From Octopus sinensis (Eukaryota), in contig NC_042999.1 of the NCBI RefSeq assembly GCF_006345805.1, positions 60,016,001 to 60,080,000 of the forward strand: DNA of 64,000 nucleotides, in the 5' to 3' direction. Below are positions 13,154-23,869 of the stretch, piece after piece (the stretch's first letter is position 1; every line of letters begins with the position of its first letter). The notes beneath the pieces are model-generated. The model was not told where the DNA came from. It ran no database searches and worked only from the letters and a program-made list of their open reading frames with translations. The translations under genes and the position numbers were made by a program.

Positions 13154-13382
13154 GTTGATGCAAACTCAGAGCGTATTTTGCTGGGCATGATGGAAAGTGT
13201 CAGCTGTCCACAGCTACCCGACTAAGGTAACACATGTTTACGGGTCACGCTTCAAAAAGCCTGTGACGAATTCTTGCAGTTCCAAGCAATGCTGATTTCT
13301 GTAGGTATTCTACCTCTGCATTTGTACGAAGCTCTGAGCAATGATGATAGTTGGGTGTTGATACGTCCAAGTGCGCCAGTTA
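13153..13382 (-). mobile_element. 3' end of a second RLE-LINE family
   Basis: Reads GALG...(frameshift)...EVEYLQKSALLGTARIRHRLFEA*, then a short 3'UTR unlike the Dong copy, then (TAA)n. Confidence 0.7.
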
Positions 13383-13391
13383 CTATTATTT

Positions 13392-13546
13392 TCTACTCTA
13401 GGCACTGGGCCCGAAATCTTTCGCCACTGGTACTTAATTTATCGACCCCGAAAGAAAGAAAGGCAAAGTCGACCTCGGCGGAATTTGAACTCAGAACGAA
13501 AAGACAGACGAAATACCGCTAAGCATTTCGCCCGGCGCGTTAACGT
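13392..13546 (-). mobile_element. SINE-A fragment
   Basis: Matches the SINE-A body and tail. Confidence 0.8.
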
Positions 13547-13554
13547 TTCAACAT

Positions 13555-14375
13555 TTTAGACTTAGTATGTCAGGCTATGGTCCTGTTTGGCGGTGAAAAA
13601 TATGTGTCTTGTAGCTGTATATTGCCACTGTAAATATCTTTGACAAAGGACATGACTGTAAATGATGATGATCCAAGTTATATAGCCAGATTCAAGGCAG
13701 CATTTTTAATGACTTCAGCAAACGTGTAGCTGACATGAAAAGTATTGAAATATTACAGATTGCAACAGCACTTGATCTACGATATAAAAACTTGAAGTGT
13801 TTATCAGACGATTCAAAAGAACAAACTTGGTTAATTGTTGGACAGCAAATAGCAGTTGATGTTAATGTTGATCAGTTGAAGACCAATGCACAAGATGATA
13901 CTGACAGTGTCAACAAAACTATATGCGAATCTAATGGAAAACGTATTAAGCTGATGGAGTCTGTCTCAGACTTAGAAGAGGGTGTCGAAAACGCTTCTGA
14001 TGAAGTACAGCGATAAAAAATGGAGAAAGAAATTGCTGAATCTGTTGATCCACTACAAGGGTGGAAACTTAATGAACATCGATATCCGAAATTGGCATTT
14101 TTTAGCAGCTACCACGGTTCTGTGTGAACGATTATTTAGCTCTGCTGGTTACATTGTTAACAAGACACGGTCGTCACTTGAACCAAATACCGTTAACCTG
14201 CTTATGTGTTTGCGAAACTGGTTATCCAACAACATTTGAGTGAGAAAACGCCTATGCTATTTCTTGTTTTTAACTGAATTTTAATTGAAATATCATAAAG
14301 CTGTCAATAAATGCAACTGCAGACATTTTTGTGTTTTAATCGAAATTAAGTATTAATTAATCGTCACCGGCGCTA
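13555..14375 (+). mobile_element. hAT DNA transposon 3' relic (transposase C-terminal dimerisation domain + right end)
   Basis: GGEKYVSCSCILPL, IATALDLRYKNL and ATTVLCERLFSSAGYIVNKTRSSLEPNTVNLLMCLRNWL across frameshifts; terminus ...TTAATCGTCACCGGCGCTA resembles a hAT TIR. Confidence 0.85.
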
Positions 14376-14407
14376 ATACATATATGTGAGTGTGTGTGTG
14401 ACGTATG

Positions 14408-14439
<32 letters not shown>

Positions 14440-14489
14440 TGTATGTATGTATGTATGTATGTATGTATATATATATATATATAATATAT

Positions 14490-14921
14490 ATATATAAACG
14501 GCAGTTTGTCTGTCTGTGTGTCTGTGTGTCTGTCAGGTTGTACCCTCACCCTGACCACGGCTTTCAACCGATTCTGATGAAACTTGACACACACATAGCC
14601 CAATGTCATAATTCAAAACTAACGCAGCGAAAATTTTGAAAAGTTCCCCCAGTTCTGAAAATAATCCATAAATTCGACATGGGGTCGAGAATCTAAGCTT
14701 TTTTATGCAACACATTTTCTGTCTAGAGGACACAACTCGACCTTTTTATCGCCCAAAGGGACAGCTAGGAACATCGTATACTCAGAAGTATTCGAGTGAA
14801 GAGAAGACATTGCAACCTACACATGCGCCTTCGTTCCCTAGAGGGGAAGGACTAGATTGGGATTAGTCGTTGCCTACTAGGGGCTCTTACATACCCGGGC
14901 AACGCCGGGCTATGCTGCTAG
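14490..14921 (+). mobile_element. Non-autonomous Helitron-like element
   Basis: 3' hairpin CCCGG-GCAACG-CCGGG then CTAG (14918-14921) followed by T; 5' TATATAAA..(TCTG/TG)n start partly lost in (TA)n. Confidence 0.75.
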
Positions 14922-15693
14922 TATATATATATATACGATATTCAATATTTCATCTATTCAATAAGACAAAACTTCATTTCATTATACTACTATATATACT
15001 TTCTATACTATATATTTTATATTCTACATTTATATTATAAAAAATATAAATAAAACATGAAAGACAAAGTTGGAATTTCTTTGAATAATATATATATATA
15101 CATATTATACACACGCATTTGTTGTTCCTGGGTGCTTGCTGTGTGCCACTGTGCATGTGTAGTTTTGCGTTTGTCGCCACCCGACCGGTTAAGACAAGTC
15201 AGAATATGAAGTTAGTGAAGCAGCAACGTATGGGATCAATAGAATAAATATTGAAGTGAATACTGGGGTTGATAATAATCGATGGAAAAAAAAACAAACT
15301 TCCAGAAGGCGGCTGCTCCAGCAAGACCGCAATCCGATGACCAAGATCAGTAAAAGAATAGAATATCACACACATACACAAACATATATATATATATATA
15401 CTCAAACACATACACACTCACGTGTATATAAAAACTAGTTTTTTATGAGGTCGTTATGCTCCCCTGTCGACAATGAATCATTGTAATAGATTATTGATGT
15501 CTCATTATTTACGTTAAACATGTTAGAGTATAGAACTAAGATGACCATGAAATTATAGTTATGATGTAACATAGAATACATTGCCGATAGAGAAGGAAGC
15601 ATTTTGGTTCTCGTTTGTTGGCTGATTCATATATCAATGTCTGATCTTCTATTTCGTCACATAATGTTCAGGGTATGCATCACTCTTTTTCTT

Positions 15694-15744
<51 letters not shown>

Positions 15745-15939
15745 TTCTATCTATCTATCTATCTGTCTGTCTATCTATCTTTTCTGTTTCTCGCTCTCTT
15801 TCTTTCTCTCTCAACATACAGATACATACTTTTATCTCTATCTGTCAGTTTCTCTCTCTCTTTCTCTCCACACACACACACACACATATGAATATGTAAA
15901 GAAAGGGAGAGAGAGAGAGAGAGTATTTATATACGTGTT

Positions 15940-15990
<51 letters not shown>

Positions 15991-16053
15991 ATTGTTTGTT
16001 TGTTTTCCACCTGCCTTCGTCTTTTGTCTATTTTCATAAAGCTTCCCGTTATA

Positions 16054-16146
<93 letters not shown>

Positions 16147-16162
16147 ATATGTATATGCATGT

Positions 16163-16270
<108 letters not shown>

Positions 16271-18097
16271 GGGACGAGCGTATCTGCATACGCGGACGAC
16301 GTCACCGTCATAGTGTCTAGCCACGAGCACATCGACCAGGTCGGCGAGACACTGAAAAACTACGAAGCGGTGACAGGAGCGAAAATCAACCGGGAAAAGT
16401 CAGTGGGCTTGCGACTAGGCACCTGGAGAAGCAAGCCCATGCCGTCCACCAGCGCCTCCGTTGTGGGACGCTGGACCGACGGTCCGGTCGAGTTGCTCGG
16501 GGTCTGGTTCGGTCCGGACCTCCAAATGGAGAAGAACTGGAACGAGATATGAGTAGGGTGGTCACTCTCGGCCGGCAATGGGCCAAGAGGAAACTGTCCC
16601 TAAAAGGTCGGGCGGAGGTGGCGAACACGTACATCGCGTCCGTCATCTACTACCGCCTGACCGTCGTGCCTTGTCCCGACCCTAACATCACCAAACTAGA
16701 ACGCATTCTCTTTCGCTTCTTGTGGAAAGGATGCGTCCCGATGGTCAGGCGATCCATTTGCTGTCAACACCCGTTAAAAGGAGGACTGGGCATGCCGTGG
16801 TTGATGATGCGCAGTCACGCGCTGAGACTGCGACATCTCAGGCTCTTCGTAGACGACGGTGAACAAGTGTGGTCGCCGTTTGTGAGGCACGCTTTCCCGC
16901 AGCTCGTATCCATGACCGAACTGCAATCGTGAATCAAAAAGAGGCCGAGGAAGGGCGAATGGCACCGCGAGTGTCGCGTTGCTCTCAAGCAACTCTGCCG
17001 TCCTGGGTCAACCTTGAGTGACTCCATCACAACCAAAGCATTCTATAGGGGATTAGTGGAGGGGAGGTACGACGACGAGCTCGGGGCGAACCTGGACGTC
17101 GACGAGGAATACCTGACCCGCCTGTTCGGGACGACTTTCGGGCCAGGGCCCATGGACAACTTCAAGAGATCCCTGGCCTGGCAGTGCTACCGAGAAGCGC
17201 TACCCGTTCGGGATAAGCTCTATAGGCATGGCTCGAGAAACACGGGGCCGACCTGCCCCAGATGCGGTCAGAGCGACGAAACCGCTCCGCACGCACTCGT
17301 GCAGTGTCCAACAATTTCGGACCTGTGGGCTTATGTCGAACAACTGCTGTCACGTGTGGGACGAGTCGGTTTATCAGCTGAGTCTATCGTCAATATTATC
17401 ACGCCTCCTTCCTTCAAACGGGAAGGAAGAGCTATTTTCATCATCCTTGTGGCTATGGCGAATGAATATAACTGGTGGACGCGTCTGAAAGGATTGGAGA
17501 CAAACACGTTCCTCTCTGGTCAACCTCTCATCAACTTCTTCAAGTACCACTTGAAAAGGAAAGTGAGAGTTGAGAGGCAAGTTTTGTCAAGCGAATGTTT
17601 TAAAAAAAGATGGGTGAATGTAGCAAGGATGAATGACGAAGCCACCTTGAGCATAATCCTATGAACCCAAGAATTGAAAACAGAGGGTTACCCACTTGCA
17701 AACAAATGTGGTAACATATAACAATATTGACCAAGGTTACCGTGATCTTTTTCGTAGGTTTTTCTTCCCACGGATAAACCTTACTTGCTTTCCCCTTTAC
17801 ACCATACATCATGACACTGTGATACACGATCCCTATTGATCGTTCTTTTTTTTTCCTCTTCCCCTTTTTTCTTCTTTTTTCATTTTTCTTTTCTTTTGTT
17901 CCTTTTCCTTTTTTCCTTTTTCTTTTCTTTTTTTTTGATCTTTTTTCCCTTTTACGATCCCTTTTGATCGAAAACCTACGCCAACTTTTTTTTTGTTTCT
18001 TTTGTTTTTTGTTTTTTGTTTTCATCCCCCAAAAGAAAAGCTCTACCTTGTAACTTGTCCCATCTGCGTGCAGCCCTGTGTGGCCAATAAAGAAACT
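16271..18097 (+). mobile_element. 5'-truncated Tx1/L1-clade LINE (RT C-half, CCHC, 3'UTR)
   Basis: [31 protein letters not shown] and CPRCGQSDETAPHALVQC. Only one frameshift (about 16550) and one in-frame TGA (16930). T-rich 3'UTR ends CCAATAAAGAAAC; flanked by (TATC)n. Confidence 0.92.
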
Positions 18098-18131
18098 TAT
18101 CTATCTGTCTGTCTGTCTGTATGTCTGTTCT

Positions 18132-18162
<31 letters not shown>

Positions 18163-18796
18163 CTAGCAGTATCGCCCGGCGTTGCTCGGGTTTGTAAGGG
18201 AAATAACTATATAAGCATTTTTAGAGAGTTATAGCCAAAAAATAGCAAAAAATGCATTAAAAATGGAAAAAATATGATGGTAAATTTTTTTAAAATCGTT
18301 GACTCATCGTAGACATTTTTAGAGAGTTACTTCCCTTATATAATAGCGAAAAAATGCATTAAAATGGAAAAAAAACGATGGTAAATTTTTTTTTAAATCG
18401 TAGACTCATGTAGACGCTTCTTAGCCATTTCTGTTTTGGTGTCTTCAAGCCATGAAGTCGTTGTTCTAAAAGAACACTGGTCTCCTTGACAACGCATTAC
18501 GACGTTGATTTCCTTACACTCCCTTCCCCACAGGTGCAGGTGTGAGCGTGGACGCCAACTCCGCCGCCATCTACACACGAAAAATTATGCATTAAAAATG
18601 GAATAAAAAATAATGTTAAATATTTTTAAATCGTAGACTCATCGTAGACGCGCGCTAATATTCAGACGGGCTCGATATGAATCACGACTATAAGCTACCC
18701 GAATTTAGTTAAACTGTACCGCAAAATGTGGGAGTAGTTAGGAATCTAAATCGAAGGGGACAGACACTCACACAACTACAGTTTTATATATATAGA
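18163..18796 (-). mobile_element. Complete non-autonomous Helitron
   Basis: Minus strand A|TC...CCCGAGCAACGCCGGG...CTAG|T; no TSD; internal tandem duplications of about 100 bp. Confidence 0.88.
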
Positions 18797-18807
18797 TACA
18801 TAGCGCA

Positions 18808-19215
18808 GTAGTGGTGAGATATGACAGCAAAGAAAAGCATACATTCACTCTCTGCATGCAATTAGACTCGGAAAGTTCGTGAGGAACCATTGACCCAATT
18901 TGCTGACTTTTCCGATAGCACACAGGTGTCAATGAATGGTTGAATGACCAAATCCAAGCTTCTCTGCTAGTTCCTCAACAGTTACGATGATATTTTGTTC
19001 CACCAGGGTTTTCAGGATGTCCTTGTCGAGTTCTACAGATCTTTCAGGATGAGGCTCGTCTTCCAGGCTGTAGTTTATGGCTCGGGATTTCTGGAACCAC
19101 CATTGACACTGCCTTACGCTTATTGTCCAATCCCCATATACTGCATTAATATTTCTTGTACTTTGCACACATTTATATTCTGTTATTGTTTTATATGTTC
19201 AGCCTTGAGGTTGTG
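18808..19215 (-). mobile_element. Mariner transposase N-terminal relic
   Basis: RNINAVYG...RQCQWWFQK...YSLEDEP...ELAEKLG, AIGKVSKLGQ, and W(V)PHEL across a 1-nt frameshift at about 18885. Confidence 0.88.
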
Positions 19216-19227
19216 GCCATGCTGGAT

Positions 19228-19267
<40 letters not shown>

Positions 19268-19690
19268 TATCTGTCTGTCTGTCTGTATTATGTATATATG
19301 TATATGTATGTGTGTGAACAATAATATTTTCAACAGATGTGTTGCAAATGTATCTGATTGTTCTCAAGCTTCAATACTGTGTGTGTGTGTATGTGTGTTG
19401 TGTGTGTATGTATGTATGTATATGTATGTATGTATGTATATGTATGTATGTATGTATGTGTGTATGTATGTATGTGTGTGTGTATGTATGTGTGTGTGTA
19501 TGTGTGTGTGTGTGTATGTATGTATGTATATGTATGTATGTATGTATATGTATGTATGTATGTATGTGTGTATGTATGTATGGGTGTGTGTATGTATGTG
19601 TGTGTGTATGGTGTGTGTGTTGTATGTATGTATGTATGTATGTATGTATGTATGTATGTATGTATGTATGTATGTATGAGTGTATGTTAC
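19212..19690. repeat. Compound (TG)n/(TATG)n microsatellite
   Basis: Directly visible. Confidence 0.95.
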
Positions 19691-20179
19691 TTTATTACTA
19701 ATTACTCTCTTCCAAGAACATTTTCACTCACTCTTAGCTCTTAGCTTCCCATACATTTTACTCATGTATCTATCAGCGTCATAGACAGAATACTTTCACT
19801 TTAGTCTTCCTCAAATCACTCTGTCGCTATTTACTTTCATTTTATTCGTTGCCCACTGTGTGTGTGCGTTTGCGTGTGGTGTAAACCAGACTAAGAAAAG
19901 CATTTGACATACACACCAGAATGTGAGTTTTCTGTAAATTTTGCTTAATTGGAGTTTAAATTTTAAAAACTGGACCTGGCATGACGCGATGCATTGTACT
20001 CTTAAAAATGCTGGGTAAATTGTAATTGAAGAAATCCTATATTGTAGATTTGTATAACTCCCAAAGGGAGGCAGATAAAATCTGCCTTTTATAATAAGAG
20101 ATATATATATATACAACGATAGATAGATAGCCAGAAAGACAGACATACAGTTAGATAGTCAGCCAACAGACTGATAAAT

Positions 20180-20219
<40 letters not shown>

Positions 20220-20220
20220 C

Positions 20221-20302
<82 letters not shown>

Positions 20303-20580
20303 ATATATCGGTCCCACTTTGACATTAAAATTGCAAATAATTGTGTTGTATTTTCTGTTTCAAGAGTTCATTTACTTTTTCAAGTAATGCGTCCAGATAC
20401 CAGGATGTTTGTTTTTATATCTTTATTCGTTTATCACATGCATGAGAGTCAAATGAACATGGAACAAATTATAGCAAAATCGTCTTTAGATGAATATCAA
20501 ACAGAAATTGTAAGTTTGAAATGATTAACTGGAAAACCCAAACGTAGATTCACAGGGTGAATCATAGAGACTTCAGTTAA

Positions 20581-20780
20581 GACAGCGAGCTGGCAGAATC
20601 GTCAGCACGCTGGACGAAATGCTTAGCAGTACTGAGTTCAAATTCTGCCTAGGTCAACCTTGCCTTCCAGCCTTTCGGGGTCGATAAATTAAGTACCAGT
20701 GAAACACTGGAGTTGATGTAATTCGGCTTGTTTCCTACTCGCAAATTTCAGGCCTTGTGCCTTTAGCGAAAAAGGATTAT
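20581..20780 (+). mobile_element. SINE-A monomer (diverged)
   Basis: Matches the SINE-A head, body and tail. Confidence 0.75.
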
Positions 20781-20939
20781 CATAGAGACTGCTGTTAATT
20801 TAGCCGGATGACAGAAACACACCTAAAAATATAACAGGGAAATCTCAGCATGCGTTCGCACATTGATGAACGGAAGGAAAACGGCGGAGGGGAAAAAGGC
20901 GGGTGGAAGGCAGTAAGCAAATGGTGAATTATACAAAAA

Positions 20940-21675
<736 letters not shown>

Positions 21676-21789
21676 TGACTATTAGGTAAATGATGAAAGA
21701 AGTATTACGAAGATTTAATATGCATGAAATTGAGCAAGCAACACAGCTAAGTATAATCTTCAAAAGAACTCAAATAAATTTTGTTTCAG

Positions 21790-21906
21790 GGAAATCGAAA
21801 ATTATTGCTGTGGATTCTTGTGATGGCGAAATAAATATCAGAAAAGCGATTATTCAAAGAATTGACGAAATTTATCAAGATTTATACCAGCGGGTATTGC
21901 TGGATG
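21790..21906 (+). CDS. Candidate internal coding exon of an unidentified host gene
   Basis: Acceptor TTTTGTTTCAG|G and donor G|GTAAGC; 117 nt; one open frame (phase 1/1): KSKIIAVDSCDGEINIRKAIIQRIDEIYQDLYQRVLLD; non-repetitive. No homologue recognised. Confidence 0.35.
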
Positions 21907-22269
21907 GTAAGCAACTTACTTCGCAATCACTCGCGCGCGCGAACAGATACGCACGCACACAGACTGACAGAAACACACACATACATACATACATACATAC
22001 ATACATACATACATACATACATACATACATACATACATGCATACATATGTCCAGCAGATGTTAACATATAGTTGAAGATCAGTGAAAAAGAGAACACCTA
22101 TACTGAACTATTGAGAAATCTGTAGTTACAAGTTCAGATTTATACCTGTAATTATTGGGGCTCTGGGATATGTAACACACTGCCTAAATACCAATCTTCA
22201 GAAATTAAGCTTCTCAAAACCAGAAAGTAGAAAGCTAGTTCGAAGACTACAGATCCATTCCATCACTGG

Positions 22270-22815
22270 ACTTTTACTTGTTTCAGTGATTTGAATGCGG
22301 CTATGCTGGAGCACCACCTTTAGTCGAAGAAATCGAAAGGATGAAAGGCAAAGTCGACCTCGGCGGAATTTGAACTCAGAACGTAAAGGCAGGCGAAATA
22401 CCCATTTCTTTACCGTCCACAAGGGGCTACACACAGAAGGGACAAACAAGGACAGACAAATGGATTAAGTCGATTACATCGACCCCAGTGCGTAGCTGGT
22501 ACTTAATTTATCGACCACGAAAGGATGAAAGCAAAGTCGACCTCGGCGGAATTTGAACTCAGAACTTAAAGGCAGACGAAATACCTATTTCTTTACGACC
22601 CACAAGGGGCTAAACCCAGAGAGGACAAACAAGGACAGACAAACGGATTAAGTCGATTATATCGACCCCAGAGCGTAACTGGTACTTATTTAATCGACCC
22701 CGAAAGAATGAAAGGCAAAGTCGACCTCGGCGGATTTTAAACTCAGAACGTAGCGGCAGACGAAAAACTGCTCAGGATTTCGCCCAGCGTGCTAACGATT
22801 CTACCAGCTCGCTGC
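22270..22815 (-). mobile_element. SINE-A trimer ending in a SINE-B tail
   Basis: Head at 22815, about 2.4 units, then a switch into CGATTTCTTCGACTAAAGGTGGTGCTCCAGCATAGCC (B tail). Confidence 0.8.
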
Positions 22816-23155
22816 CTCTAGCAGTTGAAATAATGCTGTCGTCAAGAAAAATGCCACAACAATAGATCTTGCGGTGTCTTGCATAACTTGTTGAAAGATT
22901 TCACCAAAATGTTTATAATATCACATCAATAGCACCGTAGGAGTGAATCAACTAAGGGAACAAGCAGAATTAAGAAGTTGGGCTTTCAATAACCGACCGT
23001 TTACGGGTCACGATCCCAATTATTAAGAAACGTAGAGAATATGAGAATATAGCCAAGCATTGCGTTCAGGTTTTATTGATTACGAAAGCATTGAAAGCCC
23101 AACCGTACTTAAAACTCTTATTGATTAGGGAATATATCGAACGTATATATGTATG

Positions 23156-23189
<34 letters not shown>

Positions 23190-23229
23190 TGTATGTATGT
23201 ATGTATGTATGTATGTATGTATGTATGCA

Positions 23230-23265
<36 letters not shown>

Positions 23266-23417
23266 TATATATATAAGTATATATTTATGTATATATATGT
23301 ATATATGTATATATAAAAGTATATATATATATATGTATGTATATATTTATATACATGTATATATATATATGTATATGTATATATATATATCTATCTACTT
23401 ATCTATCTATCTATCAA

Positions 23418-23458
<41 letters not shown>

Positions 23459-23519
23459 GCACGCACAAAACGTGTGTGTGTATATGAATAGATTATTAAT
23501 AAAAAAAAATCTATAGCCT

Positions 23520-23755
23520 GGGAACACTAGCTGTAAGACTTTACACTAAAACTGGAAAGATCAATATCGAAGGAGGAATAAGACAAGGGAATATAACATC
23601 TCTCAAACTCTTTGATACTGCACTGGAAGGCATCTTTAAAAAGCTTAAATAGAATGTAAAAGGAAAATACTTAAGAGATGAATTTTAAAGTGATTTCCGC
23701 TTTGCTGACTTCTTAGTCCTCTTCTTAAATGATGCTCATGGACTGGAACGTAACA
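23520..23755 (+). pseudogene. RTE-clade LINE reverse transcriptase fragment
   Basis: One frame: TLAVRLYTKTGKINIEGGIRQGNITSLKLFDTALEGIFKKLK*...FRFADFLVLF, i.e. decayed GVRQG..SP.LF and RFADD motifs. Confidence 0.75.
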
Positions 23756-23869
23756 AGACGGGATTTATAGTTGATATGAAGACAATAAGTCATTTTCAAC
23801 ATAATAAAACATGGTGCTATCATCCTTTCTACTTTAGATACAAAGCAGGGACGTTTGGGCGCTGGTTGG

